A stretch of DNA of 62,935 nucleotides, the filler included, from Craspedostauros australis (lineage: Eukaryota): NCBI GenBank assembly GCA_030167865.1. It is 5 parts of 5 records of this genome, joined end to end, with 100 filler letters (N's around TTAATTAATTAA, not from the genome) between each part and the next. Parts side by side here need not be neighbours in the genome. Positions count along the whole stretch, not along the records: positions 35,549 to 60,424 come from JALAGF010005007.1; 4 more parts are not named here. One strand, written 5' to 3'. The position numbers and the translations under genes were made by a program. Positions 46,801 through 58,569 of the stretch are shown in pieces. Position 1 is the first letter of the stretch. Each line of letters begins with the position of its first letter. The notes below the pieces were generated by a model that was given only the letters and a program-made list of their open reading frames with translations, made no database searches and was not told where the DNA came from.

Positions 46801-49020
46801 TGGTACCGTTTGGCCGGGTTGTATTTTGTGGAGACACAGGAACAACGACAACCGCAAGAAGGTAGTGCTGGTTGACCAAAAAAGCAGTGTACAGTAGTGA
46901 AACCTGGAGACAGTCCAGGTTGCTCTTCTTCGTCCTTTCTCCATTCGTCCCGACTCCTTCCTTTCATTTATGGACAAGAGTACGCAGTCACGGAAGCGAA
47001 CTATGGAGCATACAGCGTTGCATCATCTGCATTTAGTTATTGGGAGGAGAACTCCGCTCTTATCTGCACCAGCGTAAAGAAGTCTCTCTCTCTCTCTCTC
47101 TCTCGAGACAGAGAGACAGAGGGGAGGGCACTTTGCTCTATCGCTTCTGTATTCATGCTGGTACGGAGGTGCGCATGTCCAAGTCTGGGCCCAAGCCTGA
47201 GCCCAATCATGAGACCTCGCAAACTGACCAAAGCGCTGTGAGTGCGAGCTACCGATGGATAATGAGGCGCACGAAACAACTGGGGAAGGAATCACAACAC
47301 GTCTCCATACGGAATAGCCTGACATTCAGTGTTACAATTGTAAGGTTGAAGGGCGCTGACCCTCGTCTTTGTTCCTTCCTCCATCCGGTCGAGCAGTGAT
47401 AAGGCATGGAGAGACGGAGCGCAAAATCCGGTTTCAGGAAAGGGCGCCTCCGTTTCTTGGGGAGCGCCTCTCTGGTCCACATTGTCCACATCGTCCCAAC
47501 GACGATCAAACGGACGAGAACAGAGCGGAGCACGGCAGAGCGAGCGATCCGCTCTGCCCAACGAATGTACCTGTCATTCGAACCATGCAATCTCTGGAAG
47601 GAACCAGACACGTATTTGGCACCGCTTGGCACGGGAACGGTGACAGGTAGTTGTACCTGTTTCCCTTCAGACGAACTTCTCCCAAATTTGTGAAAAAAGG
47701 CTTCACAGCCACGTGGCGGTTCGCCAATGGAGCTCAGGCCAGTACCGGAGGAGAATCGCCCGACACATCTCCACCAACATCTTGTGTCAGACCGGAGTCA
47801 TTGGACGGTTCACATTAATTGTATACTCGTGTCTCAGTACATCAAATGAATGTGGGTGCAAAATGCCATTTGGTGATTTGCGATGTCAGAAGATGATGTC
47901 AGAACTCGCGAGTTCTGGATCTGACCCAAAAGGAAAGGAACATCTGCGCATCTGGGGATCTGCGTAAGGAGGTGTATGTGGGAGGCAGTACGGCTCGTAC
48001 GTAGGTAAGAACAGGCACGAGTACGTACCAGAGGCCAAGAGAGCCCTTGGCTTGGAAAGTTCTTGGCTCGTGTGGCTGCCGACGCAAAGTTCGCGGTCCG
48101 CAGTCTGCATGTCGCGCGCACGGCGCATACATTTCTCCCACCTACGTCATTCACAGGTTGGTTTGGGATGCCTTCTCGTCCTCGAACACGTGTGTGCCTA
48201 TCTACGGTATGTATACTACGTATTAGTGCGAGCTGCTTGCGCGCTCGTGCCTTGTGGACCGATAGTGCATTCATGTGGCAGTTGGGTGTGCCGTGTGGTG
48301 CCATGCAGCACGACACGTAGCCAAGGACCTGGCGATGCACCAAGAAGGACGAGTGACGAGTGGTGAGGGGGCCGACACCTTCTGCATGGCGCCTGCAGCA
48401 ATGAAAGAGGATCCACGTTGACGAGCTTTCGTTGAGATGGCCATGGCATGCTCGTTCGATTGGGTCAGACGATGGCCCAACTCGTTGAAGTCGTTGCCGC
48501 CCGTCCCTTTCCTAGTCCACGCCCACGTCCACATCCCCATGGCCATCAACATTGCGATGTGGCACGATGTGGTACGACAGATACGGACGGTACATGTGAT
48601 CAAGATCGTCAAGATCCTGGCACATCGCTGCGGGAGTTTGGACTGCTGTGCAATTCCTGTTGCACAAAGCAGCCGTGACCTGCATGACCATCATATGTAT
48701 CATTGTATTATATTTGGTGCATACTCTTGCAGCAATCAGGATGCGTGTGTACGCGCTGTTGCAAGATATGACATGTACCACACAGTACATACATACCATG
48801 GCGGAGACCAAGATCGTTACGAGCACTTCAAGACAAGACTGAGGATGGCAGAGCTCTCTCTGTACTCCAATATGTTATATAATACCACTCTATGTCATGC
48901 TTGGTAAGTTGCGAGTTTTCTGCCGTCCTGCCATTCCTGTTGTCGCTGCCATCGCGAGAATTGCTGCAACTTCGATGATTCGCCATCCTCACCAACTCAC
49001 CAAGAAGCTTGCAGTTGCTC

Positions 49021-50526
49021 CTACGTCTGACTGAATGCCAGCAATCGATGACAGGCCTCATCGATATCCGCATCGGATCGGCAAGCCGCGAAACGCAGGT
49101 AGCAGGATGCCTCGATGTCGGCGTTGCCGTAAAAGTTGTCGCCTGGGACGCAAGCAACACGCACATGCTCGAGCAGGTGCTGAGCAGCATCGGTTGGAGT
49201 CATTTGGGACAGAGCCGACACGGATCGGAAATCTGCCCACAGATAGTACGCGCCCTCGGGATCGACGACATCGAAGCCAACTTGTCGCAGCGTGGTTGTC
49301 AACCGATTCAGACGATCGAGGTATCGTGTCGCGAGATGTTCTTGGAAGAAGGACAACGGTAGCGCGAGGTAAGTTAGCATGGCCTGCTGCACGGGATGAG
49401 GTGCCATGACCGCCATCTGGTCATGGATGGCACGGTACTCGGTGCAGAGATGGGGTGGGTGAATGCACCATCCCAACCGCCAGCCCGTGGCGCTGGCCGA
49501 TTTGCTGATGGAGTTGCACACCAGCAGCTGGTCCTTGATTTCGGGAAATGCCCGCGAGACAAGAATGTGCGGCTTTGCCGGTTTGGTGTAGCACATGTGT
49601 TCGTATATTTCGTCCGTGATGATGTGGCAGCCGTGTTTGAGACACACTGCGACGATAAATTGCAGCTCGTCATGTGTGAACACTTTGCCGGTGGGGTTGT
49701 GCGGGGAATTGACAACAATCGCCTTGGCACCTTTGACTGCTTGCTCCACCTCATCTCTGTCAAACACCCAAGATTGCTTGCCATCTTCCACACTCCCAAC
49801 TTGGTTCGTGGCTGCTGGCTTTGGGTGGGACTCGACTGCTGTGTCAGTGCCCGTGCCAACCTCCATTTTACCACCATCATGGCCCTGCGCCGATCTGCGC
49901 AAAGTGATGAATGTTGATTCGAGATGAAAGATCTTGCATTGGCTTGGATAGGCTTCGTGGAACGGTTGAAACATGGCGATCCTGTCGCCTGGCATCCCCA
50001 CGGTCCTGAGCGCGGATGCCAATGCCTCGGTCGCGCCCAAAGTCACGGTGATTTCGTTTTGATGGTCCACCTCGTAACCGTACACTTGGCCATAATGATC
50101 AGCGATTGCCTTGCGCACATCCGGTCTGCCCATTGGCGGGCTGTACTGGTTGACCACATCGGCCTTACCATGCTTTGCGTCACCATCTTCATTCTGGTCG
50201 CAGACCACGCGCAACGCCTGCATCAGCTGGTCAACGGATTGATGTCCATCCACTGCCTGACCTGTCAGAACGCCCAGTGCCAACGCCAATCGAACAGCGC
50301 GTGGCGGTGGTTCATTCGGGAAACCTTGCGACAAGTTGACGGCGCCGTACTGTTCTGCCAGCCGCGTCATTTTTCGAATGGTCGATTCTTGAACTGCCTT
50401 GTTCTGGTTGCCATGGCTGCCTTCCACGGTGCCAGTGTGATGATTGTGGTGGTGGCGTTGGTTGCCGCCCTCCTTGGTTTCTTGAGGCTGCCCCGACGGT
50501 GCGTCACCATTGCTACGGCCAAGCAT
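49021..50526 (-). CDS. class I/II PLP aminotransferase (kynurenine/methionine/glutamine transaminase-like)
   Basis: AVNLSQGFPN, VTLGATEAL, NSPHNPTGKVF, ITDEIYE, SISKSASATGWRLGW (PLP lysine), YLRFAAC; single exon, start uncertain. Confidence 0.93.
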   Translation of the reverse strand: MLGRSNGDAPSGQPQETKEGGNQRHHHNHHTGTVEGSHGNQNKAVQESTIRKMTRLAEQYGAVNLSQGFPNEPPPRAVRLALALGVLTGQAVDGHQSVDQLMQALRVVCDQNEDGDAKHGKADVVNQYSPPMGRPDVRKAIADHYGQVYGYEVDHQNEITVTLGATEALASALRTVGMPGDRIAMFQPFHEAYPSQCKIFHLESTFITLRRSAQGHDGGKMEVGTGTDTAVESHPKPAATNQVGSVEDGKQSWVFDRDEVEQAVKGAKAIVVNSPHNPTGKVFTHDELQFIVAVCLKHGCHIITDEIYEHMCYTKPAKPHILVSRAFPEIKDQLLVCNSISKSASATGWRLGWCIHPPHLCTEYRAIHDQMAVMAPHPVQQAMLTYLALPLSFFQEHLATRYLDRLNRLTTTLRQVGFDVVDPEGAYYLWADFRSVSALSQMTPTDAAQHLLEHVRVACVPGDNFYGNADIEASCYLRFAACRSDADIDEACHRLLAFSQT

Positions 50527-51458
50527 GCTGGCTGACCGGTGTCTTCTTGGTTTGTGTTTGCTGCGCGCGATGCCCGGGAGCACACAGATCGCAGATACAG
50601 TTCCAGCCTCGTCCGCAGTGATCAAAGTGATGCTTCACGCCAACTTTAGCGACCAAGCGAGGAAGAAGTTCTCTTTTCTGATCGTGGTGCGACCAACTGT
50701 GAGTACTCTACAGTCTGGTACGAGTACTTCGTATGATGGTAACTTGTGTGGTGATGGCTTCGCCCAATCCGAACGAGCGGAAGCTTTTGGCGCTCGCTGT
50801 TGTTCGGTCGGCGGATTGGTCGCAAATACGCAGCGAGGACGAATGGAAGTGGGAATGCCTCTTGAAGGAGGAGGATGGCAGCAGCAGGTCGCTGTCATTC
50901 ATGTGGATGCAGATGGAGATGTCGGATGTTCCTCTTGCTGAGGTTGTCGGCGGTGGGCGTGTCTGCGGTTCGTACCTTCTCTCTTGTTTTTGTTCTGTGG
51001 CTCTCTGGTTGCAACACCAAAGTCATTGTTTTCTCTTATTTCGTCCTGAGTCGTCATCGGTATCCTGCATCCAGCAGAGGAACTGGATTTGCCGATCTTG
51101 TTTCATTTTGGTCATTACAGACTATCGCAGTACTTTATTTCGCACAACCGCACAAACGACAGAACACATCAGTTTCGTGACATCATCAAGGAGATCTTTC
51201 GTCACAAAAAGCGTGTGTGGCAACTCCAAGAGATCTTCTTTGCCGATGATGACGGCCACAAAGATGATCTCGACGACGGTCCGGCCTCATTCGAACGCAT
51301 GCCTTCGTGCCATTACATCGAAAGCAACAGCAACGAGAGCACGTCGCATTCACTGTCTCACAACCACGAATTCGAGACTTGTCAACGAGGAGAGTCTGCA
51401 CAATCAAGTCCAGATCCAGATCCAAGCCCAAGCCACGCACAGCATTGCAAACGAAACG

Positions 51459-53348
51459 ATGAAGTTCACGCAATCTGCCGTATCCATGCTGGTGCTTCCA
51501 GCGGTTGTCCTGTCTGGCAACACAAACAATCCAAGTGGCGGAGCTGGCATGTGCCATGCCTTTGCGCAGCAGTCTGCCAGCGTGTCAACGAGCGGCGCCT
51601 CCTTCCGACGAATGCCGTCGACGGCTGAGGTGACTGCACCGGCGTCGTCTCTGCCATTCGTGGGACGTTCCGCCATGACAATGCGTGGTGGATCCGCAAC
51701 AACCAGCGGCACTGCACGATCGATGTCATCATCGGCAACAGCCGAAAGCGTCGAATCAGCAGAACCCACGTTGGAGGCGACGTCTCCCAACTACGCCAAG
51801 CTCGTCAAGAAGCTGCAAACGATCACGCACTTGGAACGCGCCCAGGCCGTCCTCAGCTACGACCAGCTCGTCTTCATGCCGCAGTCCAACCCCCTCACGG
51901 CGCAAGAACGCGGTGCACAGCTGGCCGCGCTGGCCAGCGTCGTGCATGCCCAATCCACCGATCCCGAATTGCTGCAACTCATGGACGCGGCGCAGAAGGA
52001 GCTGTCGGCCAACGACGCCGATAAAACGCGGCTGCTGCAGCTGGAACGCAAATCCTTCGAAGAGAATGCGCGTGTTCCGGCCGCGCTGGCCACCAAATCG
52101 GCGGAATTATCATCGAGCGCCTACGCGGCGTGGGTGCAGGCGCGCACGGATAAGGACTTCGATGCGTTCCGGCCCGTCCTGCAGGATTGTTTCGAAACGG
52201 CCGCCGACATTGCTGCGGCCAAGTTGGGCGATCCGGATGCATCGCGCGCGGCTTTGTACACCAAGATGCTGGATCAATTCGAACGCGGCATGTCCAAGAC
52301 CCGCATCGACGATATCTTTCAGGAAGTGCAGGAGGCCCTCGTGCCGCTCATCGCCAAGGTCATGGCCAGTGAGACGCCGCCGTCCACCGACGTGCTGCAT
52401 GGCACGTTTCCAGTCGATGCGCAGCAGAAGCTGTCGCAAGAAATCGTGACGACGTTGGGATTCGAGCTGGACCGCGGTCGCATCGACGTCTCCGTGCATC
52501 CCTTCACCAACAGCTTCAGTCCTTCCGACGTGCGCATCACGAGCCGGTTCCGCGACGATGAATGGTACCAAGGTTTGGCCGGGACCATCCACGAAGGCGG
52601 ACATGCCATGTACGAGCAGAACATGGGCGGCGGTGTGAGCAGCAACAGCGAAGACAACAACGCGCAGTCCTTGTCGTCCGGCCTGTCCATCGATCAGTAC
52701 TTGAGCATGGGAACGCACGAGAGCCAGTCGTTGTTTTGGGAACGTCACATCGGCCTTTCCAAGCCGTTCTGGCGATGGGCCACACCGAAATTGAAATCGC
52801 ACTTGCTGGACGACAACGCGTCGGACGTGACGGCCGAAGACGTGTACGGCGCCGTCAACGCGGTCTCCCAATCCTTGATCCGCGTCGAAGCCGATGAATT
52901 GACGTACCCGCTGCACGTGATCCTGCGGTACCAGATCGAGTCGGACGTCGTGGCAGGCAAGATGGATGTGAAGGACATGCCGCAACGCTGGAACGACGGC
53001 ATGAAGGAATTGCTGGACATCACGGTGCCATCCGACGATCAAGGATGCCTGCAGGACGTGCACTGGAGCGCGTTGGCCATCGGGTACTTTCCCACCTACC
53101 TGATCGGCGCCATCGCGGCGGCGCAGCTCGCGCATTACTGCGAAGCCGAGGTGGAGGACTTTGAAGGTTGCATCGAACGTGGCGAATTTGGCTCCATCAA
53201 GAGCTGGCTGGTCGAGAAGGTGCATCGGCATGGACGCAGATACACGTCGTTGGATGAGATGTTCGGGCAGGAGCTCGGCGAAGCCCTCAACCCCAAGTAC
53301 TTCATCAAGTACCTGACCGACAAGTACAGCGATTTGTACAAGTTGTAG
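51459..53348 (+). CDS. M32 metallocarboxypeptidase (carboxypeptidase Taq family) with N-terminal targeting extension
   Basis: HPF, DVRITSR, HEGGHAMYEQ (HExxH), HESQSLFWE, IRVEADELTYPLH, GCLQDVHW, GYFPTY; in-frame upstream ATG at 51246. Confidence 0.95.
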   Translation: MKFTQSAVSMLVLPAVVLSGNTNNPSGGAGMCHAFAQQSASVSTSGASFRRMPSTAEVTAPASSLPFVGRSAMTMRGGSATTSGTARSMSSSATAESVESAEPTLEATSPNYAKLVKKLQTITHLERAQAVLSYDQLVFMPQSNPLTAQERGAQLAALASVVHAQSTDPELLQLMDAAQKELSANDADKTRLLQLERKSFEENARVPAALATKSAELSSSAYAAWVQARTDKDFDAFRPVLQDCFETAADIAAAKLGDPDASRAALYTKMLDQFERGMSKTRIDDIFQEVQEALVPLIAKVMASETPPSTDVLHGTFPVDAQQKLSQEIVTTLGFELDRGRIDVSVHPFTNSFSPSDVRITSRFRDDEWYQGLAGTIHEGGHAMYEQNMGGGVSSNSEDNNAQSLSSGLSIDQYLSMGTHESQSLFWERHIGLSKPFWRWATPKLKSHLLDDNASDVTAEDVYGAVNAVSQSLIRVEADELTYPLHVILRYQIESDVVAGKMDVKDMPQRWNDGMKELLDITVPSDDQGCLQDVHWSALAIGYFPTYLIGAIAAAQLAHYCEAEVEDFEGCIERGEFGSIKSWLVEKVHRHGRRYTSLDEMFGQELGEALNPKYFIKYLTDKYSDLYKL

Positions 53349-54252
53349 AGCAAGCCGATGCAGTGTGACTACTAATATGAAGAGGTGTGATAGGCTACCG
53401 CCCAGAGACTATTCTCTGTCCCTCTAGAGAGAGAGAGAGAGAGCAGAGTATGCAATTTCTACATCTCCAAGCTTGCCTGCTTGCATGGACTTGTTGGTGC
53501 AGATAAGGAGCTACCGAAGTCCTCCTCAGTCTTGCTTTCTTGGTGCATTCGAGCTCGGGCTTGTTTGTCTTACTGGTCTTGCCAAGCGGAGGGAACAAAC
53601 AGCCGCCCGTGGCCGTCGTGGCGTTGGCCTCTTTGTGACAGTGTGTCCGTCATTGCATTCATGTGATGGGAACGAAAAAGACCCAGCATAAGTGTAGTTG
53701 TTGTGACTGCGGCACGGCTTGCGTCATGTGTTCGTGAAAATCAGCTCCGTGACACACAGCGCCTTCAGGAAGAGCGAACGGGTCACATCCCTGACGATTT
53801 TTGCAGCGGAGAAAGGACGAAGGCACCCGTTCCGATGTCACACATGACACGACAATAATCCTCGGTTTAATCTTTTGTGGAACTCCTGCAATCGGAACTT
53901 GATTTGCGCCAAAACCGGAAACGAAGGAAACAGAGAAACGGCCTCGTTCTGCTCCGCGCTGTTCGACTCGGCTCTGCAGCATCCCATACTCGCGGAGCAG
54001 ACTCTCGGGAGGTACATGCTGGAAGAGTCCTCGCACATGCGGACGAGTGCACAAACACACCCTCGTGGATAGCACAAGGCAACAACGGTTCAGAAACGTC
54101 TGAGCGAAGGTCGCATTCATTGCAATCCAGGCCGGAACGAGTTGAGTTGGGCTTGGCTGAGTTGCGAACAGAAGAGAGGCAGGCAGACTCGCAACAACAG
54201 CAATAGCAATAGCAGTAGCAACAGCAATAGCAACAGCAAGAGGCGTGCCACC

Positions 54253-56364
54253 ATGAGCGCCCAGCTGGCCTCCCTCTTCGATGAGGAAAAGAACAAGAAC
54301 GGAATCGAACCGGAGCGTCTCCAACACCAGCTGCATGAGCGAGGCAGCCTCCGCACAGCTGCGCATGAACAGACAGCGACAAGCGCAGGAGCCCTAGCAT
54401 CAGAGGAGGCCTTGCCAATGGCATACCCGTATTCATCTGCGCCGCCACAAGAGCAAATCGAGACACCAGCACTGACGACAATGCCGCAGCCGTCCACCAT
54501 GCTGCGGCGATCGCTGCAAACGAACGACAGCGGACTCGACGGCCCCATCTGGGTCCTCATCGTCGTCTGCATCCTGTTCTGCTGCATCTGGACGCCCATC
54601 ATCTGCCAGCGGCATTGCCGTCGATCCAATCGTCGCCGCGCGGAAAGCCAGGCCGAGGAGATCATCCGCGCCAGTCTCGGAAACCTCAACATCCTGGCCT
54701 CGTTGGAACAGCGCGCCACGGCAGCTGCATTGGATGCATCTGCGGATACGCATTCCTTCTTTGGGGCCGGCGCCTTTCGGTGGAGTCCCGACGATCGCCG
54801 CGAATTCATCCAGAACGTCTTGGTCTCGAGGGTGAGTATCATATGGAAGCACGAAGAGCAGAATATTGTGGTTGCTTGATATTTTATTGATGTTATGCGA
54901 TGTGTTGTGCTGTGCTGTGTTATAAGAAGACTCGAGACGCTGCTGCAGGAGCGTTTGCGCTCCGTCATCGCCATGGTCGTCTTCCGTCCTCCTCGTGAAA
55001 TGCTGTCCATAGGCTGCTCGCGCGAATCCCTTCACTCACCCGATCCATCCCATTTCACACATCTTCTTCTCCATATTTCTTCCAATCCATAATCACGCTC
55101 CCAATCCACACTTGCAATCGAACAGAGAATTATGGAAATTTCTTCGATCAGCAAGTCGACGCCTGCAGCGACGGAGGATGACAAGGAAGACCCGACTGAG
55201 GTCACGAAGCCCGTTGCCACTCAGATGCCCATGATGCAATACAACATGATACTGTCCGATGTCGGTGATCCCAAAGAAATCACGAAATATGTGGCCGTGG
55301 AACCATGCGCAATTTGCTTGACGGATTATGAGAAGGATGACATCCTCTGCTGGTCCCAATCGGAGAAGTGCACGCACGTGTTTCACAGAGATTGCATGGA
55401 GGAATGGTTGCTCAAGCATGAGGAATGTCCGTGCTGCAGGCACAATTACTTGTCGTTGGGTGGTGAGGATGATGAAGTTGATGAAAACAACAACAATGAC
55501 AACAACAACAACAACAACAATGGCGGTAACAACAACAACCGTGGTAGAACAGCCAGACGCCGAAATCGGGAGACTTCCACAGCAGACGCAGAACGACAGC
55601 CACAATCCACATCGGAGGCACCAGACGCCACCGACTTGGAAATCCGCAGACGCGCACGATCCGACCGCTCCTTGGGCGCGCGCAGAAATAGCAACCGCGT
55701 CTTGCATTCGACGGCGCTGTGGCTCGGTCAGGCGCAAAACAACCAAAACAGGTCGACGGGCATCATTCGCACGACGCATATCCCGACTGTCATCTCACCG
55801 CATCTCGGGGGACTATCCTCCAGCAGCCGCGCTTTGAATGGGCGCAGAAGTGCCAACGCCAGCACGCGCAGAATCCAACTCCACAACGATGACGACGCCG
55901 ATGACGACGATCGTGCCACCGACATGCACCAGCTGCAGATTGTGGCGCTGCTGTCGCAGCTTGGTCAATTGGCGCGACAAACCAGCGAAGGATCCGAGAG
56001 ACATATGGAAGCACCTGCGATCGAGTTGCAGACGACGACGACGACGACGACGACAGCATCCGAAGTCTCCACACCCATGGAAGACGCACTCAGTGAAACG
56101 CAATCATCGCAGGATGACGGCGGTACAGCGAAGGATCCACAGGAACCGGATGCGTCGAACGACTCCCCAAGTGAAGCGTCTCCACAGCAACATGACGATC
56201 TGGAGGAATTGGATATCGATATTGATGGAACGATCACCATCACACCTGTTGGTTCCACTGTCGAAAACGAGCAAGATGACAGCGCTCGTAATGATGACGA
56301 TGATGGTAAGGATGATGGCGAGAAGGAGAAGGAGCAGAATGATGATGTCCACACTGATGAATGA
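54253..56364 (+). CDS. transmembrane RING-H2 E3 ubiquitin ligase (ATL-like); exons 54253-54831, 55126-56364
   Basis: TM segment IWVLIVVCILFCCIW; RING-H2 CAIC..CTHVFHRDC..W...CPCCR; phase-0 GT-AG intron. Confidence 0.88.
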
Positions 56365-56527
56365 GACGATTGAAACAAAACGATGATGTACTCGATTGAA
56401 ATGAATTTCCTAAAGTAAAGATAGAGCAAAGTTCACCAAAAGCTAAAGATACGGCGTGATATGCAGAAGTCGCGTAAACAACACTCCACCTGATCAACGC
56501 CGTGGAGAGCAACTACCATACGTAACT

Positions 56528-57526
56528 CTAATCCCATTGATTGGGATTGACGCGCACGGTCAGTTCGCCTTCCTTCATACCATACCCGACTATCGCCTTG
56601 CATGCCAAACGTTGACGCGGCACGTCCGCTAGCATCTGCTGTTCTGACAATCGCTGTGGATTCAGCAGATCGCTACCTGACGACACCGACACCACGCAAG
56701 TGCGGCACAATCCGCCAGCTCCACAATTCCCACCATTCGCCGTGTCGAATCGTTTGGCCAAGCGATCATTCAGTTGCACGCCGCGGATCAGCATGCCGTG
56801 GCGTAAATTCTCTCCAGCGTACATCGTGATGGTCTCGTCTGGGATATTTTCGCTGGGTGGGTATTGCAAGTGGACGGTGATCTTGGGGATGCGACGGATT
56901 CGTTTCAGTGTCACTTCGAAGATGTCCGGCGCCGTTGCTTTGCGTGGTAATGCGAGCGGTAGCTTGGATAAGGCCTCCACTGTGCCATCGTAGGAGAGGC
57001 ACTCCAAGTTGACCGTCGAGATGTTGGATGCGCGGATCAACGCCACCTGCACAAGCGAATCGCCCGGCAGGATATCGATGTCGCCCGATGCAGCCGCCGA
57101 ACCACCCTCCACGAGACCCTTCACCAACGTGATACCAACTCCGTCGTCACGACCTCCGGCCAATTCGAACAACTCCAACCCGAGACCGCCATTGGGCAAT
57201 CGAGGATACGTGACACGCACCACGTCGGCAAACAGCTCGCGATCGTTCTTGGTTCGTAGATAGACGGTGCCGGTTTGCTGCGTGGCCTTTTGAACTCTCG
57301 ATGCCGTCCATTCATCCTGAATCTCTTGCAGCGATGGCAAATTGTACTGATTGACATCGACGGCAGGCTGTCCCGTCCCTTGGAGCACCTGCGTGGCAAC
57401 GTTCCTAGTGGTGTCACCGAATGGCGTGGACATTGCTTCCACAATGAAACTGCGACTGCCATATCGTGTGCCACGTGGAGTGCCCCAATGGATGGCGCAT
57501 AGGATCAGGAAAGAAAGGGATCTCAT
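56528..57526 (-). CDS. PDZ-like plus 2Fe-2S ferredoxin domain protein with N-terminal signal/transit-like peptide
   Basis: GLGLEL..GITLVKGLVEGGSAA..ILPGDSLVQV (PDZ-like); GENLR..NCGAGGLCRTCVV..RLACKA (four Cys ligands). Confidence 0.88.
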   Translation of the reverse strand: MRSLSFLILCAIHWGTPRGTRYGSRSFIVEAMSTPFGDTTRNVATQVLQGTGQPAVDVNQYNLPSLQEIQDEWTASRVQKATQQTGTVYLRTKNDRELFADVVRVTYPRLPNGGLGLELFELAGGRDDGVGITLVKGLVEGGSAAASGDIDILPGDSLVQVALIRASNISTVNLECLSYDGTVEALSKLPLALPRKATAPDIFEVTLKRIRRIPKITVHLQYPPSENIPDETITMYAGENLRHGMLIRGVQLNDRLAKRFDTANGGNCGAGGLCRTCVVSVSSGSDLLNPQRLSEQQMLADVPRQRLACKAIVGYGMKEGELTVRVNPNQWD

Positions 57527-58569
57527 GTTGTTTTGCTCTGCTCTGCTCTGCTATGCTATGGTAGGTTGCGTTGTGTTGTGGTGTGGTGTGGTGTATTGGG
57601 ACAGAATGGAATCGCGGACGCGTCTGTCGGTGCTGTTGTGTTGTTATACTGTTGTGCTGCTGTGATGACAACTGTTGATGCAACTGTCCACACCGAATTT
57701 GTGAACGAAGTATGCCATACACAGTGCTTGGAAACACAGCCCCATCATGCCTCTGCGCATGAACCCGCTGTCGATACTTCACATCCATCGTATGTCGACG
57801 CGGTTCTTCCCATGCGGTTCTTCAAATCGAAAGATCGCCATGCGGTTCTTCTGCGGAAATTCTCAGGAGGTGTCAGAAATGACATGGCAACGACTTTGCG
57901 AAGCAAGTCGACATCGTCAATGCGAAAGCACCAATGACATGAGGGATGTTGCAGAAAGAATCACAGGATTGTTGAGCATGGATTGGTATCTGCAAGGGCG
58001 CTCTTGTGCTTGTCTTTGCACAAGGCATCTTTGTGGCACCTCTGAGGGTTGAGGGGAGAGGGAGAGGAATCACTCTTCTTCGCGCAGCATGGGGTATCTT
58101 TCGTGAAGATCTCACACCCATGATTGACGTCACCATTGAAGTCGATCATCACTCGTGAATCAAACCGACACAACAATTTGAATCTGTCCCACATAACCGT
58201 TATTTCAATTCCCATACAACCAACCACACACAAAGAAGACACGCTAACACAACAGTGCAAATCTCACCACAACAATAACAGAACAACAGACAACACAAGG
58301 AGAGAAACAAGGAAAACCCCAACGCCACAACGTCTCAACGTCACAACATCTCGACATCTCATTGTTCCAGTCTGCATCTTCCATCCTCCTCCATCTCACA
58401 TCCCACATCTCACGCCACCATCGAGCATCGCGCATCGTGGATCGTTGGTTGCACCAATACTGTAGACATCGATAGGAGTAGCAGGCATCGGATACCACCC
58501 AGCAGCCATCAGCCATCAGTCATCAGCCTGCGACCGTCACAGGCAACCTCCTCTGCGACAAACACAAAC

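Noticed and set aside
52110..53231. 373-aa antisense ORF and similar long shadow ORFs (e.g. 33496..34278, 54117..55010)
   Set aside because: They are opposite-strand shadows of GC3-rich real genes and have no motifs.
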